64,000 nucleotides of DNA from a virus (lineage: Duplodnaviria; Caudoviricetes), in IMG/VR virus record IMGVR_UViG_3300008116_000002. One strand, written 5' to 3'. The translations under genes and the position numbers were made by a program. Positions 47,411 through 58,142 of this stretch are shown piece after piece (positions within the stretch are counted from its first letter, which is position 1; every line of letters starts with the position of its first letter). A model generated the notes under the pieces. That model had not been told where the DNA came from. It was given only the letters and a program-made list of their open reading frames with translations, and ran no database searches.

Positions 47411-48768
47411 TGGCCGCTCCACTAGAAGAAATCTTAGATGTACCCGGGCAGGTTCAAATTGATAACCTTGTTCTAATATCTTTTAGAAAGAATACCTACC
47501 TAAATATTACAGATTATCTTATAGAATTAAATCTTTTTGAAAGTATTTTTAATCCATTTGTAACTGGAGAAATACTTTTAACAGATAGTAGAAATTTAAT
47601 TCGAGCATTCGGGCTTGTTGGTGGAGAGTACTTATCAGTTACGTTAAGAACTCCTACATTTTCTTCGGATAAAGGTATTTCAAAAATTTTTAAAATATCT
47701 TCATTAGAAGATAAAACATATATTAAAGACGGAGGTACTTTAATATACAAATTGACTTTTACTTCTATAGAAATGTTTCAGGATTTATTGAATCCAATTT
47801 ATAGAGCATACGAAGGAAAACCTGAAGAAATAATAAAAAACTTATATGAAGAATATTTGATGACAAATCGTAATATTCGCCTTTCCGGAGAACCAGTTGC
47901 GGACATAAAAACTCCGTTAACCTTTTTCGGGGAAACCTCTAATACGTTAAAATTTGTTAGTCCGGGTTGGTCACCCCTACAGTGTATAAATTGGACGTGT
48001 AGTAAAACATTGCCGGCAAACGGAAAAAGCGCAAATTTTTTATTTTGGGAAACAACTAAAGGATTCTATTTTGGAAATTTAGATACCATACTTAATAGAC
48101 CTGAGGTATCTTCGATAGGAAATTATGTATATTCTTCTCCAAAAATAGTAACCACCGATGAGGATGATATTGCGAATTTAAGCTTTATGTTTAATATACG
48201 ATCATTAACCGTGCCGAAAGTTTTTGATCAATTACAAAATTTAATGTATGGTTATATTTCAAATAGGGTAATTGACGTAGATATTATTAATAAGGTATAT
48301 GAAACTATAGATTATGATCATGGCACCAATTTTAATAACTATTCTCATTTAGAAAAAAAAGAAGCGGTTCCTTTTTTCGACGATACTGTTGAAAGTAACC
48401 CGGCTACCTACAGAAAAGTAAATTTTTCTAATCCAGGATTGCACACCGGATTTCTGAAAAATTTTAGTGAGCGAGAAAAAAATATCTGGGGAAATAGAAG
48501 ATCTAACGTGTTGGAACTGAATAATTTTAGAATGGAATTAGTAATTCCAGGAAGAACAGATATTGAGTGCGGGCAAACAATGTATGTTAGATTGCCTAAA
48601 AAAGATCCTGGGGGATTAACTCAAGAAAATAAAACATTATATCAAGATGACGATATGTATTCTGGGTATTATTTAATAACTAGTTTAAATCATAAAATTA
48701 ATCCAAGAACTCATTTTATTACTATGACAGTAACTAAAGATAGTTTATCATATGAGGTACTTAAATAA
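47410..48768 (+). CDS. baseplate hub protein (gp27-like position)
   Basis: FESIFNPFVTG, FLFWETTKGFYF, SGYYLITSLNH; lies between gp53 and gp5. Confidence 0.6.
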   Translation: MAAPLEEILDVPGQVQIDNLVLISFRKNTYLNITDYLIELNLFESIFNPFVTGEILLTDSRNLIRAFGLVGGEYLSVTLRTPTFSSDKGISKIFKISSLEDKTYIKDGGTLIYKLTFTSIEMFQDLLNPIYRAYEGKPEEIIKNLYEEYLMTNRNIRLSGEPVADIKTPLTFFGETSNTLKFVSPGWSPLQCINWTCSKTLPANGKSANFLFWETTKGFYFGNLDTILNRPEVSSIGNYVYSSPKIVTTDEDDIANLSFMFNIRSLTVPKVFDQLQNLMYGYISNRVIDVDIINKVYETIDYDHGTNFNNYSHLEKKEAVPFFDDTVESNPATYRKVNFSNPGLHTGFLKNFSEREKNIWGNRRSNVLELNNFRMELVIPGRTDIECGQTMYVRLPKKDPGGLTQENKTLYQDDDMYSGYYLITSLNHKINPRTHFITMTVTKDSLSYEVLK

Positions 48769-51302
48769 TGGTAGAATTTATTTGGTGGGTTGGTGTAGTT
48801 GAAGATAGAAATGACCCCGAAAAACTAGGTAGGTGCAAGGTTAGAATTTTTGGTTATCATACTGAGGATAAAACTATACTACCAACAGACGATTTGCCTT
48901 GGGCGATTCCAATACAGCCGATAAATTCTGCATCGGTTTCGGGGATAGGTTTTACTCCAGTCGGAATTGTAACTGGAACTTGGGTCACCGGTTGGTTTTT
49001 AGATGGCGAGGATAAGCAACAACCTGTTATGTTGGGAACTATTCCTGGAAAAACTCCTGCCAGAGAAGAAGCGAAAGAAAAACAAAAACAGGACTCTGCG
49101 GACGATACAGTATTAAAGGATAATACGGGAAGTCCAATATACGAAGAGAGCGGTAACTTCATTTTTAAAAGCGCAGAGGTAACAAGTTTAAGAAATTCGT
49201 TTGATCCTTTAAAACCTACAGATATTGATATTCTTTTTAATAGTATTGCAAATAAAGTATCGTCTAATAATCAAACTAAGATCGGTACCAATAATGAATT
49301 AGGAAAATATCAATTTACGATATCTGATTTAATGGTGTTAGGATATTTGAGACTACCTTCTGATGGGAATATACTAAAAGAAATAGTTGACGATAGATCA
49401 TTTTGGGTCGGTTTAAATGGAATAACATCTAAGCAGGAATTTTTATCAAACAGGCTTCTTCAAGAAGAAGCAATGTTAAGATTAACTAAATCTAATTACG
49501 ATAAATTAATTTCTTTGGATAAAATTTCTACAAAAGATGATCCTAAAGTAATTGCAGGATTTTTAGCAAGTGCACACGTATTTGGGGTAACTGGTGCAGA
49601 CGATTTAGAAAGAAAAGATGCCTACGGTAGACAAGCAAAAGAATTTTTTAATTTGGGTGTAGTATCGCTTGGCGGGAATTTAAATACTGATATAGATATC
49701 AAATATTCTGAAGTTGAAAATTATTTACCTGAAATAAATGACGGCAATATTACAAATGAGGACCTAGCATTGAGCCCAGGATTTTCTGATCCAAACAGAA
49801 AATATCCAAAGTATGAGTATGAAGGATTATCCGACATTAATAAACTAGCAGTAGGTAACAGGTCGCATCTGTTATTTAAAATAAAAGAAGCACAAAAAAC
49901 AGAAAACATACAAATAGGTAGAGCGGAAAAACGTTGGAGTGAGCCCGAGCCTGCATATGCTGCGTCATATCCATATAATCAAGTAATTGAAACTGAAGCA
50001 GGGCATGTAATAGAACTTGACTCTACTCCTAACGCAGAAAGAATACACATATTTCATAAAAAAGGTACCTATATAGAAATAGATGTAAACGGCACTATGG
50101 TAAGAAAAGTATTAGGCGATAACTATGAAGTTTTAGATCGTAATAATTTTGTATATGTTAAAGGTGCGAATAATTTAACTGTAGAAGGCAAAACTTCAAT
50201 TTATGTAAAAGATAATGCCGTCATTGAGGTTGATGGAGACGTATCTGTAACAGGTCACAGAGATGCGGTAGTTCAAGCTGCTAGAAACTTAGCTGTTTCT
50301 GGAAAAAATTTGGTGTTATCAGGAAAAGATGGAGTTAATATAGTTTCGGATGGAGCTATTAATTTGCAGGCAGGAAGCGATATAAACATAAACTCCAAAA
50401 ATAATTTGTCTCTGCAGGCAACAGGTACAATTAGCATAAAGGCATCCATTAACTTATTAATGGATGCAATACTAGTTAAGACGCAGATGGGAGCAAACTT
50501 TGTTAAAGATTTGGTTATTCGAGCATTTGATCCTCCGGAATTAAGAAATCCCGTTAGATCTTCAGTTCCTGTTTTAGAAAGAACAAGTTTTTTTCAGGAA
50601 GATTTATTATTTGATGCAGGGGAAGAAGAGGGGGATGAATGGAGACGAAATAGAGAAGCAACAGGTGAGACATCTAAATTTCTTAAAGTGCGCTGGGAAT
50701 TACCACCACAAGGAAAATCTTATCGTTCTACACAACCTAGTACCCGCGTATCATGTGATGTTTGTAATCAGTTTGGAAGAATGTTTCCTAGATCATTTAA
50801 ACTATCAAAAAATTTCACAATAGAACATATGTTAACTGGGGACTGGGCTCCTCAAAAAGTACAAGCACAACGAGGATTGTCGGAAAAGCAAATTGTTTGT
50901 AATGCAATGCAAATTGCAGAAAATTGTCTCGAACCATTACTTAAAAGGTATCCAAGGTTAAAAATTACCAGTTGGTTTCGAGATGTTAATATTTTAGACG
51001 AAAACGGAAAATCTGTTGGTATGAGCGACCATGGATTAGCTGCAGCAGTCGACATACAAGTTAATAATCTTTCTTTGCAAGATCATCTTTCTGTTGCGCA
51101 CTGGTGTCTAAGCAATATACCTTATAGACAACTTCTTTTTGAGTATAAATTATATCCAGGTAGTGCAGATCCAAGAACTGCATGGATTCATATTGCGTTA
51201 TTATTGGATGAAAATGGAAAAATTATTGAGTCTTCAAAACCTCCAGTGCAGACATGGCAAGATGATCGCCCAATACTTGTAGGTCTTCCTGTTGATGTTT
51301 AA
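48768..51302 (+). CDS. 5: baseplate hub/spike gp5 with lysozyme-like insert and C-terminal M15A peptidase
   Basis: WWVGVVEDRNDPEKLGRCKVR, YPYNQVIETEAGH; ITSWFR...SDHGLAAAVD...WIHI. Confidence 0.88.
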   Translation: MVEFIWWVGVVEDRNDPEKLGRCKVRIFGYHTEDKTILPTDDLPWAIPIQPINSASVSGIGFTPVGIVTGTWVTGWFLDGEDKQQPVMLGTIPGKTPAREEAKEKQKQDSADDTVLKDNTGSPIYEESGNFIFKSAEVTSLRNSFDPLKPTDIDILFNSIANKVSSNNQTKIGTNNELGKYQFTISDLMVLGYLRLPSDGNILKEIVDDRSFWVGLNGITSKQEFLSNRLLQEEAMLRLTKSNYDKLISLDKISTKDDPKVIAGFLASAHVFGVTGADDLERKDAYGRQAKEFFNLGVVSLGGNLNTDIDIKYSEVENYLPEINDGNITNEDLALSPGFSDPNRKYPKYEYEGLSDINKLAVGNRSHLLFKIKEAQKTENIQIGRAEKRWSEPEPAYAASYPYNQVIETEAGHVIELDSTPNAERIHIFHKKGTYIEIDVNGTMVRKVLGDNYEVLDRNNFVYVKGANNLTVEGKTSIYVKDNAVIEVDGDVSVTGHRDAVVQAARNLAVSGKNLVLSGKDGVNIVSDGAINLQAGSDININSKNNLSLQATGTISIKASINLLMDAILVKTQMGANFVKDLVIRAFDPPELRNPVRSSVPVLERTSFFQEDLLFDAGEEEGDEWRRNREATGETSKFLKVRWELPPQGKSYRSTQPSTRVSCDVCNQFGRMFPRSFKLSKNFTIEHMLTGDWAPQKVQAQRGLSEKQIVCNAMQIAENCLEPLLKRYPRLKITSWFRDVNILDENGKSVGMSDHGLAAAVDIQVNNLSLQDHLSVAHWCLSNIPYRQLLFEYKLYPGSADPRTAWIHIALLLDENGKIIESSKPPVQTWQDDRPILVGLPVDV

Positions 51303-51316
51303 GAATATTTTACCCC

Positions 51317-51324
51317 AATAAATA
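51317..51324 (+). promoter_or_regulatory. late promoter variant
   Basis: AATAAATA just before gp25. Confidence 0.65.
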
Positions 51325-51330
51325 TCTAAT

Positions 51331-51729
51331 ATGGCCACTTCTAGAGCAACTAAAAAGTTTGTAGATTTAGATCTTTCTTTTAAGGTGAACCCTTTCACCA
51401 AAGATCTTTATCTAAAAACGGATGAGGAAGCAGTTAAAACTGCGGTAAAACATCTCATTCTAACTAAAAATTTTGAGAGACCTTTTAGACCAGAAATAGG
51501 CACACAAGTTACTGCATTGATGTTTGAGAATTTTACGTCTGCAGTAAAAATTGCAATGGAACGAACAATACGTGAAACTATAGAAAAATATGAACCAAGA
51601 GTTAGATTAGTCGATATAAAAATAACTGAAAATTTAGATGATAATGATTTAACTGTGACTATAGTATTCACCTTAAAAAATACGGATACTCCTATAACGA
51701 TATCCACATTACTAAGTAGAGTAAGATAA
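51331..51729 (+). CDS. 25: baseplate wedge subunit gp25
   Basis: DLDLSF, ERPFRPEIG, IEKYEPRV. Confidence 0.92.
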   Translation: MATSRATKKFVDLDLSFKVNPFTKDLYLKTDEEAVKTAVKHLILTKNFERPFRPEIGTQVTALMFENFTSAVKIAMERTIRETIEKYEPRVRLVDIKITENLDDNDLTVTIVFTLKNTDTPITISTLLSRVR

Positions 51730-53571
51730 ATGGCAAACTATAGAATTTCGGAATTAGATTTTGATGAGATCAAAATCAATCTAAAACAATTCTTAACAAA
51801 TTATAGAGATAAGAATAATAATCTTATTTTTAAAGATTATGATTTTGAAGCATCCAGTCTGTCTATTCTTTTAGATATTTTATCTTATAACACATATTAT
51901 AACGCATACCTTGCCAATATGGTTGCAAATGAGATGTTTTTAGATTCTGCAAGCAAAAGAGAATCTGCAGTTTCAATCGCAAAACATCTAGGATATACTC
52001 CAATATCTTACAGAAGTGCAAGAGCAAAAATCTCTTTTGTTGCGGATACTCCCCAAGGAAGTCCTGCTACACTTACACTACCAAAATTTTCAGCATTCAC
52101 TACTACTGTAGATGGTGTGTTATTTGCCTTTTCTAATTTAGATTCTGTTACAGTAAGACCAACTGAGGGTAGATATATTTTTAATGATGTAACTATAGTA
52201 GAAGGAGAACCTCTAAGTTATACTTATAGAGTAGATGTATCTGGACCAGGCGAAAAATATGCAATTCCTAACTTAAATATTGATACCACAACTATAAGAA
52301 TAACAGTACAAAACTCTTACTCTGATACTACGCAAACGGTTTATACCAGGGCAGGAAACTTAGATGGTTTAACGGGAGAATCTTTAGTATACTTCTTAGA
52401 AGAAAATCCAACCGGAAATTATGAAATCTTTTTCGGTGACGGTGTACTAGGTAAAAAATTAATATCAGGTAATTTGGTAAAGATAGAATATTTAGTTAGC
52501 AATGGTTCGGTTTGCAACGTATCAAGCGAAATCGAACAAATATTCAATATATCTACTGTAGTAAATAACCTAAGAGTATCCTCTCCGATTATTGCGACTG
52601 AAAATTCTACGGGCGGAGATGAGCCTGATACCTTAGACGAAATTAAATTTAAGGCTCCTAGATTCTTATCATCATTTAATAGAGCAGTCACTGCAAATGA
52701 TTATAAGTCAGTAATAGAGGCAAATTATCCTTTAGTGGAATCCGTATCTGTTTGGGGTGGAGAAGAAAATGATCCGCCTAAATATGGTAAGGTCATAATT
52801 TCATTAAAACCATATTCAGGATATACTATTAATCAGGAATTAAAAGACAAAATATCTAATGAGATTCTTTTAGATCGCAAGGTAATGTCAATTGTTCCAG
52901 AATTTGTGGATCCTAATTATCTCTATATTACTTTAGATATTAAGGTTAAATTTGACGCTAAAAATTCTAGATATACAATTTCAGAATTAGAATCTTTGAC
53001 CAGGAATACTGTGCAGGAGTATTTTAGATTTGAACTACAAAAGTTTAATAAGCCCTTTATATATTCTAAGTTATCTAAACAAATAGATGCTTTAGATAAT
53101 TCAATCATAGGAAATTTAAGTTCCTTTAGAGTCCAAAAAAGAATCAACCCCATAGTAAATGGTAATAATGGATATACAGGAACAACTTTAATAAAATTTG
53201 CTAATAAACTAGTTTCAGGTACTCTGCAATCTACAGGATTTTATTATAAAATAAATGAAACCATATTCTCTGTTTATATGAAGGATGTATTAACATCTCA
53301 GGATACTGGGACTGTTAATTTATATGATTTAATTAATGATGGTTTATTAGTTTCAAATATAGGCACAGTAAATTATTCCGCCGGCACGGTTTCTATTCCT
53401 TCTTTAGTACCTGCAGGATTTTATGAAAATGCAACAGATATTAGAATATCATCTAAAATACAGGATTTAGATATTACATCTTCTAAGGATTTAATATTAG
53501 TTATTGATGACAGCATCTCGAATGTTTTAATTAAACGTGCTGCAGGATTAACAATAAACATTACTACGTAA
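51730..53571 (+). CDS. 6: baseplate wedge subunit gp6
   Basis: ELDFDEIK, DYDFEAS, NEMFLDSA, RAVTANDY, WGGEENDPPKYG. Confidence 0.93.
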   Translation: MANYRISELDFDEIKINLKQFLTNYRDKNNNLIFKDYDFEASSLSILLDILSYNTYYNAYLANMVANEMFLDSASKRESAVSIAKHLGYTPISYRSARAKISFVADTPQGSPATLTLPKFSAFTTTVDGVLFAFSNLDSVTVRPTEGRYIFNDVTIVEGEPLSYTYRVDVSGPGEKYAIPNLNIDTTTIRITVQNSYSDTTQTVYTRAGNLDGLTGESLVYFLEENPTGNYEIFFGDGVLGKKLISGNLVKIEYLVSNGSVCNVSSEIEQIFNISTVVNNLRVSSPIIATENSTGGDEPDTLDEIKFKAPRFLSSFNRAVTANDYKSVIEANYPLVESVSVWGGEENDPPKYGKVIISLKPYSGYTINQELKDKISNEILLDRKVMSIVPEFVDPNYLYITLDIKVKFDAKNSRYTISELESLTRNTVQEYFRFELQKFNKPFIYSKLSKQIDALDNSIIGNLSSFRVQKRINPIVNGNNGYTGTTLIKFANKLVSGTLQSTGFYYKINETIFSVYMKDVLTSQDTGTVNLYDLINDGLLVSNIGTVNYSAGTVSIPSLVPAGFYENATDIRISSKIQDLDITSSKDLILVIDDSISNVLIKRAAGLTINITT

Positions 53572-53572
53572 A

Positions 53573-54949
53573 ATGGTAATTAAAGTTTTCGATACAAAAG
53601 ATCTTTTGGGCCCTTTAAAAATATTGGGTGTATCTAAGCCTGATACTTTTGCGGGATATAGAGAAGGGTGGTTTTACCCTCTTTATACAACCAGAGGGGA
53701 GGCAATTCAAGAAGATCTAGATAGAGGCGGTAAGGGAATTTATAGAGTACTAACTTTCTACAATAGAAAGGGAGAATTTTATATACCTGAAAGTTTCATC
53801 AATATAGGTGAAGCGAAGGATCCCTTAATTTATACGGTGCATCAAGGAGACGGTGCCGAAAATCCTTTTAAACGAGTACAAAATAGATTATCGCTTTTAA
53901 TAGAAGAACAACTTCCGGATTTTATACAAACAGACTATTCTATGTTTGTAACATTTTTAAAAGCATATTATGAATTTTTAGAACAGAATAATGAAGCTCA
54001 AGAAGTTCTGCAGGATATAACTAAGTATTCGGATATAGATAAAACCTCAAGTGATTTAATAACCAAATTTATTAAAAATTATGCATATGACATACCACAA
54101 TCAAGCATATCAAATAATAGATTTTTAGTAAAGAAAATAAGAGAAATCTACAGCAAAAAAGGAACAGAGCCAGCATATGAAATGCTATTCAACATTTTAT
54201 ATAAAGAATCTATTAGTTTCTTCTATCCATACGAGGTGGTGCTAAAGCCTTCCACAGGAAAATGGACTAAACGATTTGTTCTAAGAGTTCAGCAAACAAA
54301 TCCAACACAAAATATTTTTGGTTTTGAAGATACTGAAATTATAGGGAAGACTTCTAAAGCAAGAGCAATAGTTAGTAAGGTAATTAAAATAGATTTACGA
54401 GGATATGAGGTTTATGAATTAGTTTTAGATTCAACAAGTTTATTCGGAGAGTTTTTAAGAGATGAAGAAATTGAGGCAACTAAAACAATTCTATTAAGTA
54501 ACGAAAATTATTCTGTAGCTCCACTTAGTGCTAAGGTATATTCTATACTAAGTAAAATTGATATTATAGACGGAGGGGTGGGGTATAGTAAAGGACACCC
54601 AATAACAGTAACTGATGCTACAGGAGTTTTGGCAACAGTTAAAGTTAATAGTGTAAATAGATTCGGTACTATTACTGGATTTGATATAATAGAACCAGGT
54701 GTAAATTATAGTGTTAATTGTGTAGTTAGCGCCGGTCTTCCTACTGCACAGTTAAAAGGAACCTATTCTTTTTATCGAGGTGCTGTGACAGTAACATTCC
54801 CCGAGCAGCATGGATTATCTAAAGGGAAACACCTAAGTGTAAATTACACTGGTAATATTTTCAGTCCTTTAGATAATACTTCACATACCGCAACTATTAC
54901 GTCAATACCTAACGTAAGAACAATTAGATTTAGATATCCTGGATTTTAA
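53573..54949 (+). CDS. baseplate wedge gp7-like, N-terminal part
   Basis: QLPDFI...FLKAYYEFLE, YSKKGT...LFNILY. Confidence 0.75.
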   Translation: MVIKVFDTKDLLGPLKILGVSKPDTFAGYREGWFYPLYTTRGEAIQEDLDRGGKGIYRVLTFYNRKGEFYIPESFINIGEAKDPLIYTVHQGDGAENPFKRVQNRLSLLIEEQLPDFIQTDYSMFVTFLKAYYEFLEQNNEAQEVLQDITKYSDIDKTSSDLITKFIKNYAYDIPQSSISNNRFLVKKIREIYSKKGTEPAYEMLFNILYKESISFFYPYEVVLKPSTGKWTKRFVLRVQQTNPTQNIFGFEDTEIIGKTSKARAIVSKVIKIDLRGYEVYELVLDSTSLFGEFLRDEEIEATKTILLSNENYSVAPLSAKVYSILSKIDIIDGGVGYSKGHPITVTDATGVLATVKVNSVNRFGTITGFDIIEPGVNYSVNCVVSAGLPTAQLKGTYSFYRGAVTVTFPEQHGLSKGKHLSVNYTGNIFSPLDNTSHTATITSIPNVRTIRFRYPGF

Positions 54950-54951
54950 AA

Positions 54952-57900
54952 ATGTCTGACAAAAATTTAAAAGAATATATAGTAACTCTACATAGTTACG
55001 AACACCTAGATAGTTTCTATGAGGATATGGAAACACCGGGTGGTAACCTATATATTCCTGATCGGGCAGTGGATTTAGTTAATCGTAGACCCATAAGTCG
55101 AAATACTCACTATTTACTTACAGAAGAAGAAGCTCGTTTAATCAGACAGGATCCAAGAGTTTTAGATGTGGATATTCCTGTTGACCATAATCCTCTTACA
55201 GTTAGGAGTTATTCTTGGTCACAAACCAATACTTTTAGTCCGCAGCTGCCGCCTTCAACGACGGATAAAAATTGGGGGCTTCTTTATTCAACCTCAGAAA
55301 CAATAAACAGTTCTTTAGATAGTTTTTCTTCGGTTTCCGCTACTGTAACCAGACCTTTTTCGGGAAAAAATGTAGATTTGGTTATGGCTGAATCAACTAT
55401 TAAGAAAAATCACGCAGAATTTGCTAAAAACGCTGATGGGACAGGCGGATATAGAACTATAGAAACCAATTGGTATGGATACGGTCTTGGTTCGCCCCCA
55501 ACAGTTACACCTCAAGAAACCTCACCATATAATTATAGTTATGTCGGATTTCATGCAACCCATACCGCAGGTACTGCAGCGGGGAATACTCAGGGCTGGG
55601 CGAAAGATTGTAATATCCATTTTAATGTTCCAATTTATGCAGGATCTTTTCCAAATTATCAGGGCCCCTGGGATTATATTAGAACATGGCATAGCTGGAA
55701 AAAAGTTAATGCTATAAATCCAAATACAGGAATACATAATCCTACAGTTGTTTCTTTAAGTACAAACGTTAGAACAAAACTTTTTACCTTTGGATTGGGA
55801 ACGATACATTATAGGGGAGTATCATATCCTGGTCCTTGGGCTCGTAATCCTTCTCGCACAGATCGAGACAATCCGGGGGCATGGACTAACGGAACTGTAA
55901 GTTTAGCGGATGTAGGTTTTAGAGAAGTAAGGTCTGACGATAATATACTTTGGTATGTATTCGCTGGGCAAAGCATGGTTGCAGAAAATGCTGATTTAAC
56001 TGACGCGATTAATGATGGGGTAATTATAGTTCAATCTGCAGGTAATCATTCTTCTAAGGTGGTGCGCCCAGGCGATCCAGATTATAATAATTATGTTATT
56101 GCCTTAGATGATGGCAAAACCTATTATCAAAATAGAAATGAATGGACAGCAGATGTTATTGCAGTTGGCAATCATACTGCCGCAAGAAGACTAGGATATA
56201 CCACAGATACTGGACCTGCTATTACGATTTGGGCCCCTGGCACAAACATTATCTCCTCAATATCAGACAGTGCAGAAAGAAATGAGTTTTCTGATCCGCG
56301 CGGATTAAACAATGATAAGTTGCTCTCAATATCTGGTACTAGCATGGCAGCGCCGCAGGTCGGCGGAGTTCTTGCCTGTTTGGCAGAACTGTGGCCTTCG
56401 GCGACGCAATCGCAAATGAAGAATTTTATTCTAACTCATGCTAGAAGTAGAATGACTAGTTCTGCGTTTACTATCTTTCCAAACACCCTTTCATATAGAG
56501 ATTCAGATACAACAGATAAAACTTTATATTATCCAAATTTTAGTTTTAGTGTTTCTCCGAACAAATCTTCAGTGTCATCTGATGAAATAGTTGTTATTAA
56601 CATAACAGGTTCTATAGATTCACCCCTTACCTGGGAATCTTGGTCAGCAAAATATAACATTCCCCAAGATGAGGGACAACTTGTTGCGGCTGCATTATAC
56701 ACTAATAACAACTTGTTAGGAAATTATGGACCTTCATCTACTCCTTTTTATGGTTTGTATAGAGAACCAGATGCCGAAGGGTTAGCATATTGGCATAGTC
56801 AATGGATAGCAAGTGGTAAAAATCTTGAGACAGTTAAGCCCGCATTTGCTCTAGGAATACCTTCAAGTGATACTATAGATTATGCAAGAATTAGAACTAA
56901 TTCGAAGACCTTTTTAGAAACCAACAACGGTAGTGTTTTTTACGATGGTGCTTTCGATTTGCCTGTTGGGTCTAGAGTATATCTTACAGAAGAAGGTAAT
57001 GCAACTGCACAGGATTTTATTGATGGATTAACTAAAATTCCTGTAACTATTACTGGACCAGTTACTACTGTTACTCGCAAAGTCAGCCCGAATAGAACAA
57101 CATCAAGAACAAGTACTTTAAAATTACGCACAGGTGGATATTCTGGCACTGTACAAGCAACTGCTTCTTCTATATCTATTATAGGAGTTGCACCACCTCC
57201 CCCTCCACCCGTTGTATCTACTTATAGTTTCGGAGGTATTCCGACCTCAATCAATGAGGGAGCTACAGGAACATTTAATGTAAATACAACTAACGTAGAT
57301 AATGGTACAACTTTATATTGGACAATTAATAATGGTACCTCAGTAAATGCGGATTTTACCGCAGTTTCAGGATCCTTAATTATTAATGGTAATACTGGGT
57401 CATTTACAATAACACCAACTGCTGATAATTCTACAGAAGGAAATCAAACCTTTACCGTTCAACTTAGAACAGGTAGTATATCTGGAACAATTGTTGCAAC
57501 AAGTTCTAGTGTAACTATAAATGATACTAGTTTAAATCCTGCGCCTGCAACACCTACATATGGATTTAGTTTGGTTCCTTCTGCGATTTCAGAAGGAAGC
57601 GCTGAAACATTCGGTGCAACTACAACTAACGTAAGTAATGATACAACTTTATATTGGACAATTAGCCATGGCACAACAGTAAGTGCGGATTTTAGCGCTT
57701 CGTCGGGATCATTTACCATAACAAATAATCAGGGATCCTTTTCAATAACACCTATAGCGGATAACACAACTGAAGGTCCTCAGGTTTTCACAGTTCAACT
57801 TAGAACAGGTAGTATATCTGGAACAGTTGTTGCCACAAGTTCTAGTGTTACCGTAACTGATTCAAGTACCACGCCTCCACCATCTACGCCCATTTATCAA

Positions 57901-58116
57901 TTTCCTGGAGAAATTCCTACATCCATAGATGAGGGAGATAGCATTACGTATAATTTTTCAACAACGAACGTACCGAATAATACAACTTTATACTGGACAA
58001 TTGCACATACAAGCACAGATGCTTCAGATTTTTTAGAAACATCTGGGACATTTACTGTAACAAACAACTCTGGGTCGTTTATAGTAAGACCTAAATCGGA
58101 TGCGACACCCGGTTAA
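54952..58116 (+). CDS. S8 subtilisin-like protease with DUF4214-like module and Calx-beta-like repeats
   Basis: HATHTAGTAAG, SAGN, SGTSMAAPQV; repeats SINEG...LYWTI...FTVQLRTG. Confidence 0.85.
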   Translation: MSDKNLKEYIVTLHSYEHLDSFYEDMETPGGNLYIPDRAVDLVNRRPISRNTHYLLTEEEARLIRQDPRVLDVDIPVDHNPLTVRSYSWSQTNTFSPQLPPSTTDKNWGLLYSTSETINSSLDSFSSVSATVTRPFSGKNVDLVMAESTIKKNHAEFAKNADGTGGYRTIETNWYGYGLGSPPTVTPQETSPYNYSYVGFHATHTAGTAAGNTQGWAKDCNIHFNVPIYAGSFPNYQGPWDYIRTWHSWKKVNAINPNTGIHNPTVVSLSTNVRTKLFTFGLGTIHYRGVSYPGPWARNPSRTDRDNPGAWTNGTVSLADVGFREVRSDDNILWYVFAGQSMVAENADLTDAINDGVIIVQSAGNHSSKVVRPGDPDYNNYVIALDDGKTYYQNRNEWTADVIAVGNHTAARRLGYTTDTGPAITIWAPGTNIISSISDSAERNEFSDPRGLNNDKLLSISGTSMAAPQVGGVLACLAELWPSATQSQMKNFILTHARSRMTSSAFTIFPNTLSYRDSDTTDKTLYYPNFSFSVSPNKSSVSSDEIVVINITGSIDSPLTWESWSAKYNIPQDEGQLVAAALYTNNNLLGNYGPSSTPFYGLYREPDAEGLAYWHSQWIASGKNLETVKPAFALGIPSSDTIDYARIRTNSKTFLETNNGSVFYDGAFDLPVGSRVYLTEEGNATAQDFIDGLTKIPVTITGPVTTVTRKVSPNRTTSRTSTLKLRTGGYSGTVQATASSISIIGVAPPPPPPVVSTYSFGGIPTSINEGATGTFNVNTTNVDNGTTLYWTINNGTSVNADFTAVSGSLIINGNTGSFTITPTADNSTEGNQTFTVQLRTGSISGTIVATSSSVTINDTSLNPAPATPTYGFSLVPSAISEGSAETFGATTTNVSNDTTLYWTISHGTTVSADFSASSGSFTITNNQGSFSITPIADNTTEGPQVFTVQLRTGSISGTVVATSSSVTVTDSSTTPPPSTPIYQFPGEIPTSIDEGDSITYNFSTTNVPNNTTLYWTIAHTSTDASDFLETSGTFTVTNNSGSFIVRPKSDATPG
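56629..56949 (+). repeat. 321-bp module, copy 1 (copy 2 at 62616-62936)
   Basis: Same-length 107-aa paralogous segments in two different genes. Confidence 0.9.
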
Positions 58117-58142
58117 AAAAAGTAACTAAGGGAGATATTTCT

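Noticed and set aside
58111-58133. T4 gene-60-like ribosomal bypass (take-off GGT, landing GGA)
   Set aside because: Take-off and landing codons do not match and there is no strong take-off hairpin; kept only as a generic recoding candidate.
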